Part shown: one piece after another, positions 1-8,007 of the stretch
How the letters are laid out: every line of letters begins with the position of its first letter
How positions within the stretch are numbered: the first letter of the stretch is position 1
Source: Chloroflexota bacterium
GTDB taxonomy: Bacteria > Chloroflexota > Dehalococcoidia > E44-bin15
Assembly (NCBI GenBank): GCA_030626475.1
Contig: DAOUOW010000004.1
Span: forward strand, 1 to 49,968
Reading direction: 5' to 3'
DNA: 49,968 bases
Notes under the pieces: model-generated
The model's database searches: none
Seen by the model: only the letters and a program-made list of their open reading frames with translations
What the model was told of the DNA's origin: nothing
Position numbers and translations under genes: made by a program

Positions 1-1
1 C

Positions 2-118
2 CTCCCCTTATACCATCTGATATATGCAAGCAAACACTGGCGTGGAAAGGATTTTTGGGATAAGATAAGCCAGAAATCGTCTACCGGCCAGTTGAGACTC
101 AAATTACGAGAGGGATAA
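2..118 (+). CDS. C-terminal fragment (5'-truncated by the window) of a probable three-Cys-motif partner protein (TcmP-like, methyltransferase-like)
   Basis: Own translation of frame 2: LPLYHLIYASKHWRGKDFWDKISQKSSTGQLRLKLREG*. LYHLIYASKH-x-x-G-x-x-FW resembles TcmP C-termini. Stop is 6 nt before the radical SAM ATG. Confidence 0.6.
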   Translation, partial: LPLYHLIYASKHWRGKDFWDKISQKSSTGQLRLKLREG

Positions 119-124
119 GAACGA

Positions 125-1087
125 ATGGCGAGCCCAAAGGTTGCCGCTTGGGAATATCCGTTGCTTGACGGCTCTAGGAGAACCCTAGTTAAAAAGATAG
201 GGGATGGCTCAATCATAACCAGGTTTGAAAAGACACCTCCTCCCATCAAACCTACAGATGTAGTCTGTCCCCACTTTCTGGAACTGAAGTGGGGCACTGG
301 CTGTCTCTTTCACTGCGCATGGTGCTACCTAAATGGCACTCTAAGGTTTGCTCCCAGGAAGACCAAGCCATACGTCAAGGACTATGGCAAGATCGAGCAG
401 CACGTAAGGGCATTTCTGCAAAATGCCGACGGGTACCGAGAATTGCTGAATACCGGCGAGCTTTCGGATTCTCTAATGTGGGAAAGAAACGGCAACCCGT
501 TTTCAAAATTCATACTTTCGCTTTTTGGGGAACAAGAAAGACACAAAGTCCTTTTCCTCACAAAAGACAAATATATTAATAACCTCATCGAAAGCGAACA
601 CAAGAGCCAAGCAATCGTTAGCTTCAGCCTAAACGCTGATGAAGCTGCTAAGAGATTTGAAAACGGTGCTCCGCCAGTGGCAGAACGCATAGAGGCAGCT
701 GATAAAGTGAGCAAAGCTGGATATGAGGTCAGGATTCGCATTGACCCTATGGTGCCAATTCCAAATTGGGAGGACGGCTACAAGAGCCTCATTGACCAAA
801 TCTTCTCCAAATTTGCCCCCTCACGCATTACCCTTGGCTCTCTCAGGGGGCTTCAAAGCACCATAAATCAGGCCACCGACAAATCATGGGTGCATTACCT
901 CTCCGAGAGGTCAAGCTGGGGCAAAAGAATCGCGTTCGACACAAGATACTTGATGTACCGCAAGGTCATAGACTATTTGAAACAAAAGTACGCTTATACC
1001 GACATTGGACTCTGCAAGGAAACCCTGCAAATTTGGGACAAGCTTGGAATGGATTATCGCAGGATCAAGTGCAATTGCACTTTGTAG
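125..1087 (+). CDS. Radical SAM protein, spore photoproduct lyase (SplB)-like family
   Basis: GCLFHCAWCYL (CxxxCxxC), NTGELSDSL, LFLTK, SFSLN, RIRIDPMVP, C-terminal LCKE. Confidence 0.8.
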   Translation: MASPKVAAWEYPLLDGSRRTLVKKIGDGSIITRFEKTPPPIKPTDVVCPHFLELKWGTGCLFHCAWCYLNGTLRFAPRKTKPYVKDYGKIEQHVRAFLQNADGYRELLNTGELSDSLMWERNGNPFSKFILSLFGEQERHKVLFLTKDKYINNLIESEHKSQAIVSFSLNADEAAKRFENGAPPVAERIEAADKVSKAGYEVRIRIDPMVPIPNWEDGYKSLIDQIFSKFAPSRITLGSLRGLQSTINQATDKSWVHYLSERSSWGKRIAFDTRYLMYRKVIDYLKQKYAYTDIGLCKETLQIWDKLGMDYRRIKCNCTL

Positions 1088-1207
1088 GCTGTTAGCTATC
1101 GACTCCCTTCAATAATAAAATAGCACCCCACCAAAAGCGGAGTGCCATTTCCCAAAAGCAAAAATATATGCTTGATCGCCTCAAAGACCTGCTTTATCCC
1201 GCTCGAC

Positions 1208-1351
1208 CTAATCGGAGGATGGAAGCTGTTTGGCCTGCTGCAGCTGCATCTCCTTATCACAGCACATAACCGCGCCTTCTCCCGCTTTCACACACAATGT
1301 CTCACTGCCACATACCTCGCAGCGATATCTCTTACCTAATTGATTTGGCAT
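1208..1351 (-). CDS. Desulforedoxin-like small metal-binding protein, 47 aa, with LPSSD tail
   Basis: Own translation: MPNQLGKRYRCEVCGSETLCVKAGEGAVMCCDKEMQLQQAKQLPSSD*. CxxC...CC motif; G-rich RBS upstream. Not in the ORF track. Confidence 0.85.
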   Translation of the reverse strand: MPNQLGKRYRCEVCGSETLCVKAGEGAVMCCDKEMQLQQAKQLPSSD

Positions 1352-1399
1352 TCGCCGACACCCCCTGTTTCTGACTTAGCAGCTTATGGAAGAGCACCT

Positions 1400-1519
1400 C
1401 TACTTCTTCAGGGCCATGGGCTGACCACAGCACTGGATCGTGCCCTCCCCTCCCTTAGTAACGATCATTTCAGAGCCGCACTTCTCACAGTAATATCTCT
1501 TCCCCATCTGGTTAGCCAA
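1400..1519 (-). CDS. Desulforedoxin-like small protein, 39 aa (TTG start)
   Basis: Own translation: MANQMGKRYYCEKCGSEMIVTKGGEGTIQCCGQPMALKK*. YxCxxCG...CCGQPM signature; RBS-like AGGAAGGTGG. Confidence 0.85.
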   Translation of the reverse strand: MANQMGKRYYCEKCGSEMIVTKGGEGTIQCCGQPMALKK

Positions 1520-1560
1520 TTCCGGCACCACCTTCCTATGAAGCTTCTTTGCCTACAATA

Positions 1561-1589
1561 ATTATAGCTTCCTTGCAAATCTCGGTCAA
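1561..1589 (-). promoter_or_regulatory. Sigma70-type promoter for the two desulforedoxin-like genes
   Basis: TTGACC-17 nt-TATAAT on the minus strand. Confidence 0.7.
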
Positions 1590-1643
1590 CACCTACTGAA
1601 TAGAGAGACGGCAGATTCCAGCCCTTCACCATGAAAAAGCATT

Positions 1644-1672
1644 TTGACCTGGGGCAAGCAAGGTGATAGAAT
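1644..1672 (+). promoter_or_regulatory. Sigma70-type promoter for yebC-ruvC-ruvA
   Basis: TTGACC-17 nt-TAGAAT with extended TG. Confidence 0.65.
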
Positions 1673-1709
1673 TTGGGGGTCAAGGGCAATCACAGGCGGG
1701 AGGAAGGAA

Positions 1710-2459
1710 ATGTCAGGTCATTCCAAATGGTCACAGATCAAGCGCCAGAAAGGGGTGGCAGACGCCAGGAGGGGGCAGCTTTTCACCAAGCTAGGTAGAG
1801 AGATCGCGGTCGCAGCCCGCCAGGGTGGCAGCAATCCAGAGACGAACTTCCGCCTCCGACTGGCAGTGCAGAAAGCCCGCGATAACAATATGCCGCTGGA
1901 CAACATCGAAAGGGCGATCAGGCGAGGAGCTGGGGGCAGCGAAGGGGCAAGCCTGGTTGAGACCATCTACGAAGGCTATGGCCCCGGCGGTGCAGCGCTA
2001 CTGCTTGAGGCAATGACCGACAATCGCAACCGCACCACCGCCGAGGTCCGCAACCTTTTCTCTCGAGGCAATGGCAACTTGGGGGAAAGCGGATGTGTCA
2101 CCTGGCTTTTCGAGCCCAGGGGAGTGATCACTGTAGAGGCAGCTGACGCTGAGGAACTGGCGCTACAGCTTATCGATGCCGGCGCCGAAGATATAAAGAT
2201 TATCAATGGCTCGCTTGAGGTTCACGTCAAGTCTGAAGATCTGGAAGGAATGAGAAAGGCCTTAGAGGAGCAGAACCTAGCGATAGTCTCCGCCGAGGTG
2301 TTGATGGTGCCCAAGAGCACGGTGATGCTGGAGGAAAAGGTGGCGCTTCAGACCCTGAGGCTCCTGGACAAGCTGGAGGAGCTCGATGAGGTGCAGCGCG
2401 TGTTCACCAACGCCGACTTCCCCGATGAAGCACTGGAGAAGTATCGCAGCCAAGGCTAA
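1710..2459 (+). CDS. yebC: YebC/PmpR family protein
   Basis: MSGHSKWSQIKRQKG, YEGYGPGG, TDNRNRT; ATG 1710 after a GGAGGAAGG RBS. Confidence 0.97.
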   Translation: MSGHSKWSQIKRQKGVADARRGQLFTKLGREIAVAARQGGSNPETNFRLRLAVQKARDNNMPLDNIERAIRRGAGGSEGASLVETIYEGYGPGGAALLLEAMTDNRNRTTAEVRNLFSRGNGNLGESGCVTWLFEPRGVITVEAADAEELALQLIDAGAEDIKIINGSLEVHVKSEDLEGMRKALEEQNLAIVSAEVLMVPKSTVMLEEKVALQTLRLLDKLEELDEVQRVFTNADFPDEALEKYRSQG

Positions 2460-2468
2460 AGGACAAAT

Positions 2469-2972
2469 ATGCGGATCCTAGGCATTGACCCCGGCACGGT
2501 AACCATGGGCTACGGCGTGGTTGAAGAGCAAGAGGATGAGCTTAGCTTAATGGATTGTGGGGCTTTGACCACCTCCCCCAAGACGCCTTTGCCACAGCGG
2601 CTCCACACTTTATACCTGGGGCTGCTCAATATCATTGCCCGCTATCAGCCCTCAGAGATAGCCATTGAAGAGCCCTTTGTCGCCAAGAACGTTCGCTCAG
2701 CACTAGCGATGGGACAGGCGATAGGGATGGCTATGATTGCCGCAGCGGGAAAAGGCATCCCCATCCATCAATATACCCCAACGCAGGTGAAGCAGGCAGT
2801 ATCAAGCTACGGGCACAGCGGAAAGGAGCAGGTGCAGGAGATGGTGAGAATACAACTGCGTCTCTCCTCCCTCCCCCAGCCCAGCGATGCCGCCGATGCC
2901 CTGGCAGTGGCGTTATGCCATATCCAGGAGATGCACCTGGCCAGAATAGTGGGAGATAGAGAAGGGACATGA
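2469..2972 (+). CDS. ruvC: Holliday junction endodeoxyribonuclease RuvC
   Basis: ILGIDPG, AIEE, YTPTQVKQAV, DAADALAVALCH. Confidence 0.97.
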   Translation: MRILGIDPGTVTMGYGVVEEQEDELSLMDCGALTTSPKTPLPQRLHTLYLGLLNIIARYQPSEIAIEEPFVAKNVRSALAMGQAIGMAMIAAAGKGIPIHQYTPTQVKQAVSSYGHSGKEQVQEMVRIQLRLSSLPQPSDAADALAVALCHIQEMHLARIVGDREGT

Positions 2973-3547
2973 TCGCCGGCTTGCACGGAACCTTAGAATC
3001 CCGCGGCGCTAACTGGGCTATCATTAAGGTCGGTGGCGTCAGCATTCAGGTCTATATGCCGGCCTCAACTCTAAGCACACTGGGTGCCATCGGGGAGGAG
3101 GTGCACCTCCATACCCACCTCCACTTCAAGGAGGATAACCTGGCGCTCTATGGCTTTGCCTCACAACAGGAGCTGGAGCTATTCCAGATGCTCATCGGCG
3201 TCAGCGGCGTGGGACCCAAGGCTTCCCTGGCCATGCTCTCGGCAATGAATGCCAACGACCTGGCCCTGGCCATTGCCACCGGGAATGTCGACCTCCTGTC
3301 TCAGGTGCCGGGCATAGGCAAGAAGATGTCCAGCCGCCTCGTCCTGGAGCTCAAGGGGAAGCTGGAAAGCATTTGGGTTGGTGCCGCCGTCCTGGGAGAA
3401 GCCAACGCCGAGGTCATCGCTGCGCTGGTCAGCCTGGGCTACAGCCCGTCCGAGGCTGCCTCCGCTGTCGCCGCCATCGCCGATTCCCCAGACCTGGCCC
3501 TCGAGGACAAGATAAGGCTTGCCCTTCAGCACTTCGCCGCCCGCTAA
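2969..3547 (+). CDS. ruvA: Holliday junction branch migration protein RuvA
   Basis: MIAGLHG, LYGF, VSGVGPK, VPGIGKK, ALVSLGY; ATGA overlap with ruvC. Confidence 0.97.
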   Translation: MIAGLHGTLESRGANWAIIKVGGVSIQVYMPASTLSTLGAIGEEVHLHTHLHFKEDNLALYGFASQQELELFQMLIGVSGVGPKASLAMLSAMNANDLALAIATGNVDLLSQVPGIGKKMSSRLVLELKGKLESIWVGAAVLGEANAEVIAALVSLGYSPSEAASAVAAIADSPDLALEDKIRLALQHFAAR

Positions 3548-3596
3548 AGATTGAAACCGTGAGGCCACTGCGCCCAGTTCGAAAAGAGCGAAAAGG

Positions 3597-4592
3597 GTGA
3601 AAAAAGAGCTGCTCGACCTTCTGGCCTGCCCCGAGTGCGGCTCGGTGGAGCTGGTGCTGAACCATTCTGCCGAGGAATCCCTGACTTGCGCCCGCTGTAA
3701 CGCTTGCTATCCTGTCCGCAACGGCATACCACAGATGTTGCCCAACCCACTGGCTACCAGCCTCCAGCTCACAGAGACCTATAGGGAGAAATTGAGGGCT
3801 TCCATACTCCAGGGCGAAGCTGAAGCGAGGCCCGAACCGCCCAATCCAGAGGTCGACCGCTTCATGTGGGAGCAGGAGCTCTACTGCTGGGGCAAAGAGG
3901 TCATCTATAAGGATTCCAAGGCGGCAGAGATATTTTCTTCCTATTCAGAGCAGGGGGCGAGACGGCTGTGCCAGTTCATTATCGCCAGGGCGAACGGCGT
4001 TCAAGGCAAGAGCCTGCTTTATGTGGGCAGCGGGAACGACCGCCTGGTGACGCTTCCCCTGGAGGAGGAGGGAGCCTTTGTGGTGAACCTCGATATTGCC
4101 CCAGAGCCCCTTGAGGACCTGATGCAGGCAGGAGCAAAAAGCTGCGTCTGCGGCGATGCCCGCCGGCTCCCCTTCCGCGCCGATGCCTTCGATGTGGTAT
4201 TCTCCAAGGGCTCCATCCACCATTCCCACCCCATAGACCAGCCCCTGCGCGCAATGGCCCGGGTGGCGAAGAGCGGGGGGCATATCATCGTTGCCGAGCC
4301 GGGCAAACACGTGCTCTCCCGCCCTCCCCGTGTGCTCTCGCCTTCTGGCTTGGGATACCCGACACCCTATGAGGACGCCATCTCAACCCGCGAGGTGATC
4401 GACATCCTGAATAACGAGGGCATCTCACAGCTTGAGGTGGCAGCCCTTACCCACGCCCCTCCCGGGGTTACGCCATTGATAGCCCGCCTGTGGGAGAGCC
4501 TGGGCAAGGCCATGCCCTGGCTTTTTCGCCGCTTTGCCTTCGAGTTCATCGTTTATGGGCGAAAAGGGGGGCCGACCCGTGCTATACTATAA
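3597..4592 (+). CDS. Trm112-like Zn-ribbon fused to a class I SAM-dependent methyltransferase
   Basis: LLDLLACPECG...LTCARC...YPVRNGIPQML; LLYVGSG, CGDARRLPFRADAFDVV, RVAKSGG. Confidence 0.8.
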   Translation: MKKELLDLLACPECGSVELVLNHSAEESLTCARCNACYPVRNGIPQMLPNPLATSLQLTETYREKLRASILQGEAEARPEPPNPEVDRFMWEQELYCWGKEVIYKDSKAAEIFSSYSEQGARRLCQFIIARANGVQGKSLLYVGSGNDRLVTLPLEEEGAFVVNLDIAPEPLEDLMQAGAKSCVCGDARRLPFRADAFDVVFSKGSIHHSHPIDQPLRAMARVAKSGGHIIVAEPGKHVLSRPPRVLSPSGLGYPTPYEDAISTREVIDILNNEGISQLEVAALTHAPPGVTPLIARLWESLGKAMPWLFRRFAFEFIVYGRKGGPTRAIL

Positions 4593-4601
4593 GGGGGTAT
4601 T

Positions 4602-5090
4602 ATGGAGACCTTTGTCTATGTGATTTTATCTCTGGTCATCGTTGGTCTGCTGGCAATCGTCCTTGCTCTGACGCTGAGGCCGAGGCGGGTTGAGCTTCCC
4701 GATATCGAAGGCTTGGCGGAGAAGCTGCGCTTCGCCCTGGCATCCGAGGCCTCGGTGAGGGAGATACAGGATATGCTGAGAAGCCTGCCCCACGATGTCC
4801 TGGAGTCGATAACCAGGAGCCTGGGCAAGAGGACGGGGCGGCTCAACGAGCTGCTGGCAACCTTCGAGCTGACCCAGTATGACCGCCTCTTCTATCTGGG
4901 GGAGCCTATCGACTTCGTCGGCATCAAGTATGATGAGGGGGTGGACTTCATCGAGGTCAAGACGGGCAAATTCCGCCTCAGCGCCGACGAAATGAAGCTC
5001 AGGGAGCTAATCGAAGCGGGGAAGGTGAACTACGTGCCCCTCACCGTGGAGAAGATAGGCATCGTGGAAGAGGTGGACACGGGGGAGTAG
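4602..5090 (+). CDS. Membrane-anchored PD-(D/E)xK endonuclease related to archaeal Holliday junction resolvase (Endonuc_Holl-like)
   Basis: N-terminal TM helix; FYLGEPIDFV, FIEVKTG, LSADEMKLRELIEAGKV. Confidence 0.75.
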   Translation: METFVYVILSLVIVGLLAIVLALTLRPRRVELPDIEGLAEKLRFALASEASVREIQDMLRSLPHDVLESITRSLGKRTGRLNELLATFELTQYDRLFYLGEPIDFVGIKYDEGVDFIEVKTGKFRLSADEMKLRELIEAGKVNYVPLTVEKIGIVEEVDTGE

Positions 5091-5133
5091 GGGAACGGTG
5101 GGCTTGGGCGCCTGCTACGCTAGCTTGGGCTGA

Positions 5134-6153
5134 TCATGACAGGGAAAGTCCTGTCAAATCAGCGAAATCGTTAATGGCCTTTTGCAACTCTTGCAGCTTT
5201 TTGATCCTAGCCGAGTCGCCATCTCGAACAGCGCGGATTTCACTTGCTGGCGCGTCGTGAAGCTTCTCGATAGTGCGGTCTATGGATTTGTAAAGGACAG
5301 CACCTAGCTCTGGTTGACCCTCAGTAAGCACATGCCACGCTACGTCATATCCGCTTTCTTCCAGGGCGGCGAGGGCTTCGGGGTTGGCTACAATTTTGGG
5401 GAGGTCACGCACCTGAACGCCCTTACTCAGCTTGCCATCCCTTACCCACCGCACAAACCTGTCCTCCCAAGGCCCAGCAGCTTCTTTCTTTTTGAAGGCC
5501 TTGTAGAACTCCTCGAAGTAGGACCACTTGTAGACGTCCTTACGGTCCGTCGAATCCTTCAAGAATTGTTCTTTCATGAGTTGGTAGGCCCACAACCGCT
5601 TGTTTACCCAGGCCTTGTTCTTGCGCAGGTGCTGAGAGAGATCTTCTACCGTGTAGCTGTAGTCATGAGCCATCCCGTACAAATACGCTGCCTGTTCGTA
5701 AGCGTCCCATTCAATCTTCCCAGCCACATGAAGCTCACCGAGGATATAGGCGATTTCCCTCTCGGTGATGTCCTCAGGCAAAGTACTGGCCGGGATTTTT
5801 GCCCATCGCTCATCTTCCTCATCCTGGTATAGCTTCCTATAGACCACAGTGCGGCAGTTACCCTCAGCTATTGTTCCATCGGCTCTGACGATAATACGCT
5901 CCAAGAGCCCCTGGTTCTGTTTGATGGAGTGGTAAAGCTGTTTGACATCATCTTCATGCCAAAGCTTTTCCGCAATCTCTTCCTCTGTAAGCTCGCGCCC
6001 CAAGAGGGAGAGAATGAACTGGACACGCTGGTTCCTCGGGTCGAGGTGCACCTCGTATATGGGAAGGTTAGTGTACTGTAACCTGACGATCCTGCCCGCC
6101 ACTGTGATCTCCTCAACCATAGTGACAGCTTCTGCTCGCTCCATAGAACTCAT
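5134..6153 (-). CDS. ParB/Srx-like N-terminal domain protein
   Basis: LDPRNQRV, SIKQNQGLLERIIV, IAEGNCR, LHVAGKIEWDAYEQA; ATG 6153 follows GGAGGTG. Confidence 0.75.
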   Translation of the reverse strand: MSSMERAEAVTMVEEITVAGRIVRLQYTNLPIYEVHLDPRNQRVQFILSLLGRELTEEEIAEKLWHEDDVKQLYHSIKQNQGLLERIIVRADGTIAEGNCRTVVYRKLYQDEEDERWAKIPASTLPEDITEREIAYILGELHVAGKIEWDAYEQAAYLYGMAHDYSYTVEDLSQHLRKNKAWVNKRLWAYQLMKEQFLKDSTDRKDVYKWSYFEEFYKAFKKKEAAGPWEDRFVRWVRDGKLSKGVQVRDLPKIVANPEALAALEESGYDVAWHVLTEGQPELGAVLYKSIDRTIEKLHDAPASEIRAVRDGDSARIKKLQELQKAINDFADLTGLSLS

Positions 6154-6225
6154 TATTTTCACCTCCTATAGAATTTTTGCAGCGAGCAAGCGCCCAAATT
6201 CCCACTGCTTCAGTTGTTAAAGTGC

Positions 6226-6408
6226 TTAGGGTTTGCCAGCTACAAAGCTAGCGAACTCACCTCGCGGCATCTGCCGGATGAGCCTATCGATTTCCTCCAG
6301 AGTTTCGATCTCAGGAAAGCGCAGGCCTGGCTCCCAACCTGGCGGCATCAAGCTCCGGAGATAATCCTTTTCCCGCTCAGTTTTCAAAAGGTCCCAAAAT
6401 CGAAACAT
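6226..6408 (-). CDS. Small hypothetical protein (60 aa) upstream of the ParB-like gene
   Basis: ATG with GAGG/AAGG upstream; lies between a minus-strand promoter and the ParB-like gene. Confidence 0.55.
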   Translation of the reverse strand: MFRFWDLLKTEREKDYLRSLMPPGWEPGLRFPEIETLEEIDRLIRQMPRGEFASFVAGKP

Positions 6409-6428
6409 ACCTTCGTCCTCGCTGTACT

Positions 6429-6522
6429 ACATTATCACACTCCATCCATTTTGTCAAGTTTTTTTAAAAAAAGATGCAAAAGATAACCATGTATTGACAA
6501 AAGATAAAGTTTGAGTTATAAT
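6429..6522. promoter_or_regulatory. Back-to-back sigma70 promoters with CAAAAGATAA direct repeats
   Basis: Plus strand: TTGACA (6494)-17-TATAAT (6517). Minus strand: TTGACA (6457-6452)-17-TAATGT. CAAAAGATAA at 6477-6486 and 6498-6507. Confidence 0.75.
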
Positions 6523-6557
6523 TCAAAATAAGATTTTAAGTTTAGCTTTATTTTGCC

Positions 6558-6803
6558 ATGGATACCGGAGAGCTGGTCAGTGCCTTAGGGGTTTCATTTC
6601 CCCGCCAGGAACTGTATTATTTAGAGTCCCAGGGGTTTTTGCGTCCTCAGAAGCGCCGAGTGGGAAAGACCTTGAAGCGGGACTGGCCTGCGGAAATCAT
6701 CCCAACGCTAAGAGTATATTGGGAACTCCGTGAACAGGGATTCCCGCCCAGAGTGGCGTGGGAAAAGGCAGAAATTCCTGCTCTCCCTGAGAAGGAGGAT
6801 TAG
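6558..6803 (+). CDS. MerR-like helix-turn-helix protein
   Basis: TGELVSALGVS...LYYLESQGFLRP..R pattern; stop 2 nt before the next gene. Confidence 0.65.
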   Translation: MDTGELVSALGVSFPRQELYYLESQGFLRPQKRRVGKTLKRDWPAEIIPTLRVYWELREQGFPPRVAWEKAEIPALPEKED

Positions 6804-6805
6804 CT

Positions 6806-7942
6806 ATGCATGTGCTGCTAGTGGAGCCTCCCTACTACACACGTTACCCGCCACTAGGCTTACTGAAGCTGGCCACCTACCATAAAATGCTTGGCGACAC
6901 GGTGGAACACATCAGGGGCTACGCACCCGCTGAGCGTCAGCCTGATCGGATTTATGTAACGAGCCTGTTCACTTATGCATGGCGCCCAGTACATCAGGCA
7001 GTCGCATTCTGCAAAGCTCTGTACCCTCAGGCGCCAATTACACTTGGGGGTATCTACGCCACGCTAATGCGTGACCATGCAGAGCGTTCTGGCGCTGAAG
7101 TTTTTACAGGCCTCAGCATGGACATTGAGCAGCTATTGCCTGATTACTCTTTAGTACCTCAATTTGACACAAGCCTCCTATTTTCATCAAGAGGTTGCAT
7201 TAGGCGGTGCCCCTTCTGCGCCGCCCCTATCCTTGAGCCATTCGACCCCGGCGAAACGGGCCTCAAAAGCATAAGCCATCTCATAGAGCCTAGCTTCAGA
7301 AAAGTAGTGTTCTGGGACAATAATTTCCTCGCTAACCCTCACTGTCGCGACATAGTCGGGGAGCTCAAAGAAAGAGGCCTGGAAGTAGACTTCAACCAAG
7401 GGATTGATGCTAGGCTTATCACTGAAGCAGTCGCAAGGGAGTTCCAAGGCCTGAAGCTTCAGCCGATCCGAATGGCATACGATACCCCAAGCCAGAAGGC
7501 ACCGCTGGAAAGGGCGGCCTCTCTGCTTGCAGAAGCGGGCTTCGACAGGCGAAGGATGCTCATCTACCTGATGTACAATTATGAGGATACCCCGGAAGAG
7601 TTCCTCGGAAGATTGCGTGAGGTACTCGATTTGGGTCTGGTGGCCTACCCTATGCGATATGAGCCAATCGGTGCCTATGATGCAGAGGGCAATCCCCTGA
7701 GCAAGAATTCATTCATATCAGAGTATTGGAGCGCTGAGCAATTGGAGATGTTGGCAAGAGCGCGTAGAGTGATAGGCTATGGGGGCGCCTTTCCCCCTTA
7801 TGAGGGCCTTAAAAAGAAGATAGGTAACGCTAGGACATTTGAAGAGGCGTTTGCACTAAGGGAACCGTCACGAACCAAATTGCGACAAGAGCTAAGGAAA
7901 GTTCTGGGTTCAAAGGTGCCCCGCCTCCCCCTGATGCCCTGA
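6806..7942 (+). CDS. Radical SAM protein with a B12-binding-like N-terminal domain
   Basis: LLVEP...YPPLGLLKLATYHK, ITLGGIYATL, SRGCIRRCPFC, WDNNF, VDFNQGIDARL. Confidence 0.85.
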   Translation: MHVLLVEPPYYTRYPPLGLLKLATYHKMLGDTVEHIRGYAPAERQPDRIYVTSLFTYAWRPVHQAVAFCKALYPQAPITLGGIYATLMRDHAERSGAEVFTGLSMDIEQLLPDYSLVPQFDTSLLFSSRGCIRRCPFCAAPILEPFDPGETGLKSISHLIEPSFRKVVFWDNNFLANPHCRDIVGELKERGLEVDFNQGIDARLITEAVAREFQGLKLQPIRMAYDTPSQKAPLERAASLLAEAGFDRRRMLIYLMYNYEDTPEEFLGRLREVLDLGLVAYPMRYEPIGAYDAEGNPLSKNSFISEYWSAEQLEMLARARRVIGYGGAFPPYEGLKKKIGNARTFEEAFALREPSRTKLRQELRKVLGSKVPRLPLMP

Positions 7943-8007
7943 GGCTATAAGACACAGCCTCCATTTGTTTCCACGACCGTGCTATACTATTTATAGAGTA
8001 GTTCGCC

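Noticed and set aside
1142-1689. ORF-track calls 1142-1339, 1340-1561 and 1465-1689
   Set aside because: They overlap the two desulforedoxin-like genes and the promoters, which are far better supported.
3548-3600. Possible ruvB remnant (PLRP) after ruvA
   Set aside because: Too short; no GQ or Walker A continuation.
7943-8007. LexA box upstream of uvrB
   Set aside because: Only a GTTC half-site is visible; no GAAC-N4-GTTC palindrome.
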